Positions 19,855 to 30,251 of a stretch of DNA of 64,000 nucleotides are shown here, in pieces. The notes under the pieces were generated by a model. That model made no database searches, had not been told where the DNA came from, and saw nothing but the letters and a program-made list of their open reading frames with translations. The number at the start of each line of letters is the position of its first letter. Position 1 is the first letter of the stretch. This DNA is from Candidatus Bathyarchaeota archaeon (GTDB lineage Archaea; Thermoproteota; Bathyarchaeia; Bathyarchaeales; Bathycorpusculaceae): contig CAWGYA010000002.1 in NCBI GenBank assembly GCA_963826715.1, positions 32,001 through 96,000 on the forward strand, in the 5' to 3' direction. The position numbers and the translations under genes were made by a program.

Positions 19855-21390
19855 ATGAATAAGACAGCAGAGTTCATATCCGGCCGAGAAATGCGAACAT
19901 TAGAAGTCAACGCGGAATACTTTGGGTTTAGCCTTCTGCAGCTAATGGAAATAGCTGGGAAAAATGTGACACAGGTAGTTACTTCACGTTTCTCCAAAGA
20001 CAAAACCGTAGTCATCTTCTGTGGACTTGGTGGAAATGGCGGTGATGGCTTTGTCGCGGCTAGGCACCTTTTGGCAGCTGGATTTACAGTGACAGTGGTT
20101 TTGGTTGGTAAAGCGATTGACATCAGTCATCCTACCACTTTAAAAAACTGGCAAATTTTACAAGAATTAAGAGGAATGGTTCCAATAGTGGAGGTAGTAG
20201 ATAGCTCCGAAATACCCCAAGTAACAGCTGACATTGTTATAGATGCAATGCTTGGTACAGGCACTAAAGGTAGGCTCAAGTCACTAATAGCTCAAGCGGT
20301 TGAATCTGTCAACAGCATAATGGCATTCAAGGTATCTGTTGACGTCCCTACTGGTATCAATTCAGATACCGGAGATATCCTTGGAACAGCTGTTAAGGCA
20401 GATTTAACGGTGACTTTCCATAGAGCCAAACCAGGTTTAGAAGTAGCAAAAGCCTACACAGGCGAAATTGTAGTTGGAGGAATTGGGTTGCCTTTAGAGT
20501 TAGAAAGATTTACAGGACCAGGTGATGTTCAACTTGCCACTATTCCACGCGATGCCTCATCGCATAAAGGCGATTTTGGACGGCTGCTTGTAGTGGGTGG
20601 AAGTGAAGTTTTCTCAGGTGCACCCACATTGGTTGCACTATCAGCATTACGTACTGGAGTGGACATTGTATACCTTGCCGCTCCGCAGAAAATCGCACAG
20701 GCAATCTCATCCATTTCACCAGACCTGATAACTATAAAGCTTGATGGCGAAAACCTAAACCCTGCTAATTTGGAGACACTAAAACATTATTTGGGGATTG
20801 TAGATGCTGTTGTTATGGGTCCCGGATTGGGCTTAAATTCTGAAACGGAAAAATTTGTTAAGGTTTTCGTGGATGAAGTTGAAGCAGTTGGTAAACCGTT
20901 ACTGCTGGATGCAGATGGATTAAAGGCTTTTTCCAAATTCAAACATGCACTTAAAGTACCATTAGTGCTAACGCCACATAAAGGAGAATACAATATCTTA
21001 ACAGGAGAAAAACTCCCTGAAAATCAAAATGAATGTATCAAAGCTGTTCAGAAAACAGCTATGGAACTTGATGCAACCATTCTAGTTAAGGGAAAAACCG
21101 ACATCATATGTGATAAGAATAAGGTTAAGTTGAATTTCACAGGCAACCCTGGGATGACTGTAGGCGGCACAGGCGATGTACTCAGCGGTATTGTCGGCGG
21201 TTTGCTAGCCCAGCATGTCAGTAGCTTTGAAGCAGCAGTAGCAGGTGCGTTTGTGAATGGTGCAGCAGGCGACATTGTTGCTTCCGAAGTTGGCTACCAC
21301 ATGCTTGCGTCTGATTTGATTGATTGGATTCCACAGGTACTAAATGACCCCTGTTTTCACAAAAAGGTGCAAAAAACAAATGGAAAATGA
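19855..21390 (+). CDS. nnr: Bifunctional NAD(P)HX epimerase/dehydratase
   Basis: YjeF_N (LME.AG, NGGDG, DVPTG) fused to the dehydratase domain (HKGDFG, DADGL, TPH.GE, GGTGDVLSG). Confidence 0.93.
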   Translation: MNKTAEFISGREMRTLEVNAEYFGFSLLQLMEIAGKNVTQVVTSRFSKDKTVVIFCGLGGNGGDGFVAARHLLAAGFTVTVVLVGKAIDISHPTTLKNWQILQELRGMVPIVEVVDSSEIPQVTADIVIDAMLGTGTKGRLKSLIAQAVESVNSIMAFKVSVDVPTGINSDTGDILGTAVKADLTVTFHRAKPGLEVAKAYTGEIVVGGIGLPLELERFTGPGDVQLATIPRDASSHKGDFGRLLVVGGSEVFSGAPTLVALSALRTGVDIVYLAAPQKIAQAISSISPDLITIKLDGENLNPANLETLKHYLGIVDAVVMGPGLGLNSETEKFVKVFVDEVEAVGKPLLLDADGLKAFSKFKHALKVPLVLTPHKGEYNILTGEKLPENQNECIKAVQKTAMELDATILVKGKTDIICDKNKVKLNFTGNPGMTVGGTGDVLSGIVGGLLAQHVSSFEAAVAGAFVNGAAGDIVASEVGYHMLASDLIDWIPQVLNDPCFHKKVQKTNGK

Positions 21391-21940
21391 CTTAAAAAAC
21401 CAAAGTCAACTGCTGTTACCTGTCAGAATCACTATCTATCACGCTGCTCAGGATGATCCCAAAAAGAACACAGCACTTCGTCTAAAACGGCGAGGACTCG
21501 CCAGAATTGTAAGTCGAACAAGATTTCTGCCTAAACGTGCCATTGTGTTGAATCCATTTGGTGAAATCGCGTTTTCCCCTGCTGATAGGGCGCGACTTGA
21601 ACAATTTGGTTTGGCGGCTCTTGATTGTAGTTGGGAACACGCTCAGAAAGTCATGGGAAAGCAGGTTAAGGGAACCAGCCGTTGCTTACCAATTTTAATT
21701 GCAGGTAACCCAGTTAACTTTGGAAAGTTTACAAAACTGACGACTGCTGAAGCCATTGCGGCAGCTCTCTACATCGCAGGTTTCATGGAGGAGGCAAAGA
21801 AGGTCCTGGAGATTTTTTCATGGGGACATACATTTTTTGAGCTCAACGACATGCTCCTGAACAAATATATTGAGGCCAAGGATAGTGCTGAAATCGTGGA
21901 TATGCAGACACAAGTACTTAAAGGCAAAAAATGCGAATAA
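21380..21940 (+). CDS. tsr3: 16S rRNA aminocarboxypropyltransferase Tsr3
   Basis: QDDPKKNTA, LDCSW, LP.L.AGNPVNFG, LTTAEA and FSWGHTFFELN. Confidence 0.9.
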   Translation: MENDLKNQSQLLLPVRITIYHAAQDDPKKNTALRLKRRGLARIVSRTRFLPKRAIVLNPFGEIAFSPADRARLEQFGLAALDCSWEHAQKVMGKQVKGTSRCLPILIAGNPVNFGKFTKLTTAEAIAAALYIAGFMEEAKKVLEIFSWGHTFFELNDMLLNKYIEAKDSAEIVDMQTQVLKGKKCE

Positions 21941-22026
21941 CTCACAATTCAATATTTCTTTGTGGACGGAGAACCCGAAAATCCTTATACACGACTTTAA
22001 AATTATTGATTAAGGCTGCATAAGAA

Positions 22027-22659
22027 TTGGTATATATAACAGATTTCTATGTATTTCTGTCGTCGGTTTTGGTCATTTCCCTATCAGGCGTTCTTATGCC
22101 AGGACCATTGTTTGCAGTTACTATTCAGAAAGCCTCGAAAAGCAAAATTTCAGGAGCTCTAATCGCCTTGGGGCATGGTATAGTCGAGATTCCACTGATT
22201 TTTGTAATTTTTTTTCTGCTAAATAAATTCGAGATTCCAGCGGTGTTTCAAGTTTTGGTTGGGTTAATTGGCGGGACATTTATGGTTTTTATGGGCGTTC
22301 ATACCTTCCACAACCGACATAAGCAGCAGATCACAGCTGTTAGCCCCAAACTTGATTCGGTGCTAGCAGGAGTCTATACAAGCATAGGTAACGCAGGTTT
22401 CATCCTCTGGTGGTTAACAATAGGCACCACATTAATTCTTAACGCTAAAATCTTTGGACTTCTGGGTTTCTCAGTCTTCGCAGGGGTTCACTGGTTGACT
22501 GATTTTGTATGGTATGCAGTTACGGCGTTTGCGATTTTTAAGTCTCAGAAATTTTGGAACGAACATGTAAAGACGGTTATAACACTATTCAGTGCGACGG
22601 TTTTCATTGGTTTTGGTTTGTACTTTATTGTTTCGGCGTTATGGACACTATTTGCATAG
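22027..22659 (+). CDS. LysE family transporter
   Basis: SGVLMPGP motif; about 6 TM helices. Confidence 0.85.
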   Translation: MVYITDFYVFLSSVLVISLSGVLMPGPLFAVTIQKASKSKISGALIALGHGIVEIPLIFVIFFLLNKFEIPAVFQVLVGLIGGTFMVFMGVHTFHNRHKQQITAVSPKLDSVLAGVYTSIGNAGFILWWLTIGTTLILNAKIFGLLGFSVFAGVHWLTDFVWYAVTAFAIFKSQKFWNEHVKTVITLFSATVFIGFGLYFIVSALWTLFA

Positions 22660-22689
22660 TTAAATAGCAAGATAACATTGTTGGTAAAT

Positions 22690-23247
22690 ATGGAATTCAA
22701 AGTAGGGAAAGCAACCCTTCAATTTATTGAGGGAGACATCACAGAGTTAGATGTGGATGCAATTGTCAACGCAGCTAACTCAACGCTTTTGGGAGGAGGT
22801 GGAGTGGACGGTGCCATACATCTAAAGGGTGGACCTAAAATACTCGAAGAATGCAAACGCATACGCGCCACCGAGTGGCCTGATGGGTTGCCCACTGGAA
22901 ACGCCATAATCACAACAGGAGGTACCCTCAAAGCTAAACATGTTATCCACACTGTTGGTCCAATATGGCGAGGTGGGGTATATGAAGAACCGAAGATGCT
23001 GAGACGAGCGTATTGGAATTCTCTTAAACTTGCCGTAGCCAATAAGATCAAGTCCGTTGGATTTCCGTCGATTAGCACTGGTGCCTACAACTATCCTACT
23101 CAGCAAGCCAGTGTCGTGGCAATTTTGGCAGTTAAAGATTTTTTAGAAAAAGAAGATAGAATAGAAAAAGTGGTGTTTTCGCTTTTTTCAAAACGCGATT
23201 TTGATATTTACTTAAAAACGGCCGAAGAACAATTCGAGATTAAGTGA
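22690..23247 (+). CDS. Macrodomain O-acetyl-ADP-ribose deacetylase
   Basis: GDIT, IVNAAN, GGGGVDGAIH, VIHTVGP and FPSISTG. Confidence 0.92.
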   Translation: MEFKVGKATLQFIEGDITELDVDAIVNAANSTLLGGGGVDGAIHLKGGPKILEECKRIRATEWPDGLPTGNAIITTGGTLKAKHVIHTVGPIWRGGVYEEPKMLRRAYWNSLKLAVANKIKSVGFPSISTGAYNYPTQQASVVAILAVKDFLEKEDRIEKVVFSLFSKRDFDIYLKTAEEQFEIK

Positions 23248-23494
23248 TTTCTTGCACTTCCGTTATAGACGCCACAGGGATATTGAGGTGCTCCTGAACC
23301 ACTTCGAGCACCACATCTTGACTAGGTCCTTCGATGAGGAAGGAAACACGGTTCTCGCCTCTGCAACAGTAGCAGGCTTTGGCTTCAATATCCTTGATTT
23401 TTCCTCTAGCAAGCATTTTTGCAGCGCCTTCTGCGCAGCTCTGGGGATTTTGTCCGGATCTTAGAATGGCTGAATTAACTAAATATTTTGGCAA
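23240..23494 (-). CDS. Small hypothetical protein
   Basis: 84-aa ORF with a GGAG Shine-Dalgarno. Confidence 0.55.
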   Translation of the reverse strand: MPKYLVNSAILRSGQNPQSCAEGAAKMLARGKIKDIEAKACYCCRGENRVSFLIEGPSQDVVLEVVQEHLNIPVASITEVQEIT

Positions 23495-23806
23495 AAAATT
23501 CTCTCCTATCTTAAAGTTATCCTGCAGAAGTTAAAAAGTCTTATGGCTGGTCCAAACTCAATATTTTTGATACAGAGATCTTGTAGCGACATAGGGGGTA
23601 AACAATTTGATAAGATACATAAGTAAATGGAATAAAGAAAAACTGTTCACCCGTGCAAGTACGTTTAATTGAATGATCCGTAATCGAACAAAAAAATCTC
23701 TTGACTTATTGAAAATGGAAATAGACAGGGTGATAAGTAACATTATTGGGATTTGGAGGAATAGAGTTGAATTGTCTTTATTTCAAGTCAACCCCATAAC
23801 ATTGCT

Positions 23807-24355
23807 TTAGATGTCAGTAGGGGTTTTGTAGTTGACCAGTGAGAAGATTTCGTATTTGTTGCCGATGAATTTTCTGCCGCCAAGATAGTCTAACTCGATA
23901 AGGAAACCCAGCCCTGCTACTTTTCCGCCTAATTTTTCGACTAGTTCGATATTGGCTTTCACAGTTCCACCTGTTGCTAAGAGATCATCTATTATTAGCA
24001 CATTTTGTCCTGCGGTAATAGCGTCTTCATGGATTTCAATGCAATCGTTACTATATTCCGTTGTGTAGGTGAAGTCTAAGCATTTGTATGGCAGTTTGCC
24101 TTTTTTCCGGACTGGAACAAAGGCAACGCCGAGTTCGTAGGCTAAGGGTGCGCCTATTATGAAGCCGCGTGCTTCGTTTGAGACTATTACGTCGATTTTT
24201 TTGTTTTGGTAATGATTAGCAAGTTGCTTTATGGTTTCTTTGAAGGTATCGGGGTCTTTTAGGAGAGGGGTTATATCCCAGAAGACTACACCTTTGAACT
24301 CTGGGATTCTTCGGATTTTTGTTTTCAGGTTTACCTTTTTTTCTAATGGATTCAT
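23807..24355 (-). CDS. apt: Adenine phosphoribosyltransferase
   Basis: EARGF, VRKKGKLP and IIDDLLATGGT. Confidence 0.93.
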   Translation of the reverse strand: MNPLEKKVNLKTKIRRIPEFKGVVFWDITPLLKDPDTFKETIKQLANHYQNKKIDVIVSNEARGFIIGAPLAYELGVAFVPVRKKGKLPYKCLDFTYTTEYSNDCIEIHEDAITAGQNVLIIDDLLATGGTVKANIELVEKLGGKVAGLGFLIELDYLGGRKFIGNKYEIFSLVNYKTPTDI

Positions 24356-24368
24356 GAATAGTTATCTC

Positions 24369-25160
24369 CTAAGCGAAAGCTCCGTCTAATGCAGAATTAC
24401 ATTTGCAGTTGCATTTGCACTGCGTCTTTGTTATGGTTTCTGCGATTATGAGTTTAACGTTTTCGAGGTTCGTTCTCATAGTATTTACGATATCGTCTAC
24501 GCATACAGCATGATCTTTCCAGCAATCATAGTCGGTAACTGTTGAGATGTTTGCATAGCAGATTTCGGCTTCACGGGCCAACACTGCCTCGGGGACCATA
24601 GTCATACCGATGACGTCTGCACCCCACTTCTTGTACATTCGCGATTCTGCCTTGGTTGAAAAACGCGGGCCCTCAATGCAAACATAAGTTCCGGTTTCAT
24701 GTATTTTTATACCCAAATCTTTACCGACATCAATTAAGGTATTACGCAGTTCGGGGCACATTGGCTCAGCTACTGAAATATGGCAAACCCGAGCGTCTGT
24801 TAAGCTATAGAAGGATTGTTCACGTTTCGTTGTTCGGTCGATAAATTGATCAGTGAAGACAATATCGCCAGGAGCATAGTCTTCACGCAAGGATCCAACT
24901 GTAGATGGAGCAAGTATGCGTTTAACCCCTAATCTTTTTAGAGCGAATATGTTCGCCCGAACATTGATATCGGTAGGGCGTATAGTGTGCAGTTTTCCAT
25001 GTCTCGGCAAAAACGCAACAGATTTCCCACCTAATTCACCAACCGTAATAGCATCAGAAGGTTTACCGTAAGGGGTATCCAAGGTTATTTCCTGAACGTT
25101 TTTAAGAAGTTTAGGGTCATACAGACCAGTTCCGCCGATAACTCCAAATTCTGCTTGCAT
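24369..25160 (-). CDS. mtnP: 5'-methylthioadenosine phosphorylase
   Basis: GVIGGTG, LPRHG, EGPRFSTKAES, GMT and VTDYD. Confidence 0.93.
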   Translation of the reverse strand: MQAEFGVIGGTGLYDPKLLKNVQEITLDTPYGKPSDAITVGELGGKSVAFLPRHGKLHTIRPTDINVRANIFALKRLGVKRILAPSTVGSLREDYAPGDIVFTDQFIDRTTKREQSFYSLTDARVCHISVAEPMCPELRNTLIDVGKDLGIKIHETGTYVCIEGPRFSTKAESRMYKKWGADVIGMTMVPEAVLAREAEICYANISTVTDYDCWKDHAVCVDDIVNTMRTNLENVKLIIAETITKTQCKCNCKCNSALDGAFA

Positions 25161-25239
25161 GAGAACTAACAGCTATCGTTTGGCCTTATAAAATTAGCGA
25201 AAACAGATCATTATTAAACCTCAAAACACAAAAAAATCT

Positions 25240-25809
25240 CTAAATTAGGGTACTCAGGTTTATGCTTATAAACACGGAAAGATAAACCAGAAAGAACACC
25301 GCGAATACTTTGTGGTAGGACTGGTCTTTTGTAAAAATAGTTACTACACTCAAAATTGTAATCAATGGTATGGTAACAAAGTATACTGGACCTTGAGCCA
25401 TCAGATGCGAAACTCCCTTAAGGAGAGTGTCAATGAAATCCAGCGCTGGCAATAAGGCAGCAAGCGAAAAAAACCAGCGGTTATCTTCATACCAGTGCTG
25501 CTTAAAATCCATCACTTCATCAAAAGGATCCGGAAACAGAACTACCGCTAACAAAAAACAAACTGTCGGCGTCAAAAGAAGGAACATGAATAGTGCAAAA
25601 CTCCATTCTTGTTGGGTTGGTCCAACGGAAAAGAATCCACCAATTCAGAACCATATACAAAAACAGGTTTAACGACCATAAAATGTGTACCCAATAGTTT
25701 TTGACTTTATCGCGGCGTTCCACGATTTTACCTATCCAGTTAAGAGCCTAGTTATGACTAACGCGATGATTATTGAGTGAACGATGGATATGAATGAAAA
25801 AGCATCCAT
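25240..25809 (-). pseudogene. Membrane protein pseudogene with two frameshifts
   Basis: MDAFSFISI... joins IGKIVERR...WWILFRW and then QQEWSFALFMFLL only via frameshifts near 25735 and 25615. Confidence 0.65.
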
Positions 25810-26140
25810 GCTCAAATAGGTCAACATTACACAAAAACTCATATTGGTTATTTATTACTTGCCATATAATGCCCCAGCTACTGACCAGATAACCAGAGGA
25901 AGGCGATTCTATTTTTAGTCTTTCTTTATATTATATTGGAATCTTTCAAATCGGGGTCTTATCAAGTAGTAATGATAGTAATGATTATTGTAGCTTTCTG
26001 AGATTCATTAGATCAAATATTCCACGAACTTCTTTTCGCCCAGCATTATTTGACTAATAATGAGTTTTTGCCGTTTCAATCCAACTGGTTCTTCTATTGA
26101 AAACAGCCAGGTTCCACTTTAACAAAAGTAACTTAAATTT

Positions 26141-26419
26141 TTATTTTTTGCCATTTTTTTGGTCATACTCACTAATAATGTCTTTGACTTTTTTTTCCAG
26201 TTGTCGTTCATATACATGCTCAGGTACTGGTGGTGAGAGGACCTTTTTATTATGAAGAGTACTTGGTTCCACTATGCGTTGTTCGCCCATTTTAACCTCG
26301 ACTCTTGTATCGTTTAGGTAATCTTCAAAATTCTCTTGGGCTTCCACAATCCAGTATCCTTCACTTTTAGTTAAAACTTTTACTTTGTATAGTCCTTTGT
26401 AGAAGTAGAGTTCACTCAT
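26141..26419 (-). CDS. Hypothetical protein
   Basis: 92-aa ORF with typical composition. Confidence 0.65.
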   Translation of the reverse strand: MSELYFYKGLYKVKVLTKSEGYWIVEAQENFEDYLNDTRVEVKMGEQRIVEPSTLHNKKVLSPPVPEHVYERQLEKKVKDIISEYDQKNGKK

Positions 26420-26470
26420 ATGATCCCCAGTAATAGTTTCTCATGCTGAGTAAATAACTTCATCGGTAAA

Positions 26471-28087
26471 CTACTTTTGAGCTTTCTTACAGACAGTTGA
26501 TATTGCAACTATGATTGATGGCATGGTGAAGATACTAAACACCCTCGTATACTTTGATAACCCTGCTTTACGCACGTCCTCCAAACTTCCTCCCGCTGTA
26601 AGGTAGCCTGTTATGAAGGATTTGGTTACATCTGCTGCTTTCTCGTTGCTATCAAAAGGTTGAAGATAATGCCCGCAATAGTAGAGAAATACAGCAATAT
26701 CCCAAGCTTTATCTCCGCCTTGCAACGCCTGTTCAAAGTCAATTAGAAAAATTTCGCCGTTGGCTTTAATGAGTACATTATCTGGTTTGGTGTCACCTAA
26801 TGAGACGCCGAGGATGTGAACACCAGCCATTGTTTCTCCGACCTTTTTCATCATCGATAATACACTAGCGGATTCTACAATGTCGGTTGCTGTAGAGTAA
26901 TTTTTGATTAGTTGGCTAAGGCTTTCACCTTCTATAAATTCCATAAACACAATACGTTCTGCGTTGCTTACGTGCAGTATTTTAGGCACGTTAAAACCTT
27001 CATTTAACAGATATTCGCTTATTGCACATTCTTTAGCCAACCGTGCTTGACCGGAAACCGTAAATGACCTTGCCCCAAGCGACCACAGCGTTAATGGAAA
27101 CCATTTAAATCCTGACCAATCCTTAAACCGCTTTGCCAATACTTTCTTATCGCCAGCGTTAATGAGGTACACATCGTTTAACATTGTACCCATATGCTGC
27201 ACTTGAATGTCCGCATTTGCACCTTTGAGAAGCATTTTCTGAGTATACCCTTTGATATCAATTTTATCTGAAAGCGAAACCATTCCATGAGATGTGGGAA
27301 AAAATACATATTTCTGGGGATCCACAAAATCATCTATCTGCTCGATAGGACGAACCCAATTAATTTTTTGGGTCCGTAAAAAAGCTTCAGTATTCTGTGA
27401 AACGATGCGCGCTAGCTGGGGGAGAACCCCAAAGAAAGAAGTAAATAGTGCCCGAGGTGCATTTTTTGAGAAGTTTACTAATCGAAGTTTAGGATTTTGA
27501 CACTTGGAAATAAAACTCTTGGTGAGGGATACGTACCCTTTTTCTAAACTTATTTTACCTTCTGCTTCGAGCTTGGTTAAAGCTTGTTTGTAGCTGGTAA
27601 GCGCCTCTTTTTTATTCTGAGTTATGTTGCGGGATAGGTCGCCAAAGTCGTATGCCAGAAGCGGAAAAACACGGAGACGGCTAGAAAACACTTCATACAT
27701 AAAATATTCCGGCAAAATCCGTATTCGATGAGCAAGCTCAGGGAAGTTTATGACCAGGTTCTCCAGTAACTCCAAAATTAGACGTTGCTTAAGCTCAACC
27801 TCCCGGTCAATCAAATAACCTTCGCCTTCCAAAGCATTATATGGAAAGACAAGTTTGCTGGCTATAGCCTCTCCCAATAATCCTCTATCAATGTCCCTTT
27901 CAAAAACCCACTGGTCTACAGCGAAGACAAAAACGGTTTTGTTTCTTACGGTTTTTAGATAATTAATGACGCGAGGTTGAAAATCACGAATGACCACCAA
28001 AACCTCATATATGTTCCGTCCGTTTGAAAGTTTACTTGAGAAATGATCTACCTGCGCTATAGCTACAATTTTTGATTGACCTGCCAC
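26471..28087 (-). CDS. Kdo/RIO/Bud32-like kinase with long N-terminal domain
   Basis: C-terminal MEFIEG, GDTKPDN and LIDFEQ kinase motifs. Confidence 0.78.
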   Translation of the reverse strand: MAGQSKIVAIAQVDHFSSKLSNGRNIYEVLVVIRDFQPRVINYLKTVRNKTVFVFAVDQWVFERDIDRGLLGEAIASKLVFPYNALEGEGYLIDREVELKQRLILELLENLVINFPELAHRIRILPEYFMYEVFSSRLRVFPLLAYDFGDLSRNITQNKKEALTSYKQALTKLEAEGKISLEKGYVSLTKSFISKCQNPKLRLVNFSKNAPRALFTSFFGVLPQLARIVSQNTEAFLRTQKINWVRPIEQIDDFVDPQKYVFFPTSHGMVSLSDKIDIKGYTQKMLLKGANADIQVQHMGTMLNDVYLINAGDKKVLAKRFKDWSGFKWFPLTLWSLGARSFTVSGQARLAKECAISEYLLNEGFNVPKILHVSNAERIVFMEFIEGESLSQLIKNYSTATDIVESASVLSMMKKVGETMAGVHILGVSLGDTKPDNVLIKANGEIFLIDFEQALQGGDKAWDIAVFLYYCGHYLQPFDSNEKAADVTKSFITGYLTAGGSLEDVRKAGLSKYTRVFSIFTMPSIIVAISTVCKKAQK

Positions 28088-28299
28088 ATGTCTGCAAAAA
28101 TCTAAAATTTGCTTTGTTAATTCGCTGTTTTCGGTGTTATTTTGCAGTTTTAAAGGAAATCACCTACAGTGCAGATTATAGCTATGCATAGTTACATATA
28201 TTTAAAATGAAGTAAAACAACCAACAAAAACTTTTATGGTTTTCGTGAATTTAAAAATTACTTTCAAGATTTTTTTTCTGCCAGTTTATTGGGAAACTT

Positions 28300-28686
28300 T
28301 TACGAAATGCCTTTTGTTTTTGAAGTGATTAAACCCATTTCGGGTTCAATTTCTGGATTAACTATTGTTATTTTTCTGCAGATTAGATTCAAAGATTCTT
28401 CTGTATAGTTTAGCATGCTTTGCCCTTCGCTAGTGAGGCTATAGATTTTGCGTGGGCGTTCGCATTTCATGTTCCATTTACTTTCTACGAAACCCTTCTG
28501 TTCTAGGGTACCTAGAAGTGGGTAGATGGTGCTTGGACCGAAATAAACGCCAAAGTTTTTGCGGATTTTTATGATTACTTGGTATCCATGCATAGGCTCG
28601 TTATTGAGAAACTGTAGGATTATCATGTCGAGCAAACCCTTCATAAGTTTTGTTGAAATCTCTTTTTGTGAACTTGCTTTGAACAT
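28300..28686 (-). CDS. PadR family regulator
   Basis: KGLLDMIIL...MHGYQV...GPSTIYPLL..LE..G...RPRKIYSLT.EG; likely start ATG 28686. Confidence 0.88.
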   Translation of the reverse strand: MFKASSQKEISTKLMKGLLDMIILQFLNNEPMHGYQVIIKIRKNFGVYFGPSTIYPLLGTLEQKGFVESKWNMKCERPRKIYSLTSEGQSMLNYTEESLNLICRKITIVNPEIEPEMGLITSKTKGIS

Positions 28687-28745
28687 TTTTGTGTCTTCCT
28701 TTTGTGTATTTGTGTCGAACAGTCTTTCTGTTAGACTCACATACA

Positions 28746-28767
28746 ATATGTCCTTATTCGGACATAT
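28746..28767. promoter_or_regulatory. Putative PadR-family operator
   Basis: Perfect inverted repeat ATATGTCC-N6-GGACATAT (ATGT-N10-ACAT) between divergent padR genes. Confidence 0.55.
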
Positions 28768-28922
28768 CACAATCAAAGAATATGTAATGGGAAGATATAA
28801 GTCTTGGCACATATTCAAAGCATATTGAAGCATACCTCAACACAAAAAAAAGTAATAACAGACATAATCTAAATAAATCCAAACATCAAACACTACAAAC
28901 AAAGCTTGCAAAGAGAAAAAAT

Positions 28923-29252
28923 ATGTCTGAAATCTACAAAAAAGAAATTGTACAACACATAATCAGAAATTTGCTTGACATCCAACTCCTACGAATCATC
29001 CAAGAGCAACCTACATGGGGGTACAAGATAAAAAAGCAGGTTGAAAGCGATTTCAGCATAAAACTTCGACATGGAGCGCTTTACCCTACCCTAAATAATC
29101 TCGAGGAGAGAGGGTTTGTTGAAAGCAAACAAAGGCAAAAAGATGGGCGATCACGAAAAGTTTACACAATAACTGCCAATGGCAAATCGTATCTACAAAC
29201 ATACTATAACATCATGCAGGGACCGTTGAATGGTAGTTACGATGATAAGTAA
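28923..29252 (+). CDS. PadR family regulator
   Basis: WGYKIK...HGALYPTL..LE..G...RSRKVYTIT.NG. Confidence 0.88.
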   Translation: MSEIYKKEIVQHIIRNLLDIQLLRIIQEQPTWGYKIKKQVESDFSIKLRHGALYPTLNNLEERGFVESKQRQKDGRSRKVYTITANGKSYLQTYYNIMQGPLNGSYDDK

Positions 29253-29350
29253 ATTGCTAATTTTTTAATATATGAAAGACAGCATATGCGATGTTTTTGA
29301 TGCAAAAGCTTTTATCTTTAGTATTCTGAAGGTTTTTAGAGGATAAAATA

Positions 29351-30019
29351 ATGAACTTTGATACGAGCAAAACTTTAGGCGGCATAGGCGCAATTCTGAT
29401 GTTTATTGGCATAATCCCCTTCATTAGCTACTATGGCATTTTGGAATTTGTCGGAGCAATCTTGATTTTGGTTGCACTCTACGGACTGAGTGGTTACTAT
29501 CAAAACAGCGGAATCTTCAGCAATGCACTTTATGGAATTATCGCAGGCATCGTTGGCGTAATCTTGGCTGTAGTTATTACATTTACAGTTATTTTAACAA
29601 CCATACGACCATTTTTAATGCAGCTATTCCCCGGATGGGATGGAAACTGGGCATCGCTTCAAAACTTGACACCTGATCCTAACATATTTACTTCAGGCAA
29701 CTTTGACCCCTCCGCGTTTGTACCACTCGCCGTCGGCATAGTCAGTATTTTAGCTATCCTTTGGATTTTCGCTATAATTGGAACCTTCCTTATTAGGCGT
29801 TCACTTAAACAGGTCTCAGACAAATCAACAGTTGGATTATTCGGTACCTCTGGCTTGCTATTACTAATTGGTGCATTCTTAACCATAATCGGGATTGGAG
29901 TAATCCTGATGTGGGTAGCAGCTTTGTTGCTAGCAATTGCATTCTTCCAATTAAAACCTACAAAACAAATGGAACAACCACCATACTATTCCCCACCTCC
30001 ACCCCCAACAACTGTATAA
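29351..30019 (+). CDS. DUF996-like archaeal membrane protein
   Basis: KTLGGIGAIL N-terminus; multiple TMs; LLAIAFF and a poly-Pro tail. Confidence 0.72.
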   Translation: MNFDTSKTLGGIGAILMFIGIIPFISYYGILEFVGAILILVALYGLSGYYQNSGIFSNALYGIIAGIVGVILAVVITFTVILTTIRPFLMQLFPGWDGNWASLQNLTPDPNIFTSGNFDPSAFVPLAVGIVSILAILWIFAIIGTFLIRRSLKQVSDKSTVGLFGTSGLLLLIGAFLTIIGIGVILMWVAALLLAIAFFQLKPTKQMEQPPYYSPPPPPTTV

Positions 30020-30251
30020 AAATATTCTTTCCTCTTTTCCTTCTTTTTTTATAATCAGGCATCGACTTTTTTAACTAACTAACTATCAAATTAGTTACAT
30101 TTCACAATGCAAATTAAGTAAGTTACTGCGTAGCCCAAATCCAATCGCTAAAAAAGGAATAAAAATAGAATTTATTGAAGGCCGCTTTGCGTTAGGGAAA
30201 AAGTGAGGGAAATAGATAGTTTGTTAAGACTAAATAAAAACTTTTTTTTAC

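Noticed and set aside
25732-25734. Amber read-through (pyrrolysine) in the membrane-protein gene
   Set aside because: The downstream coding sequence is in another frame, so a 1-bp deletion explains the TAG.
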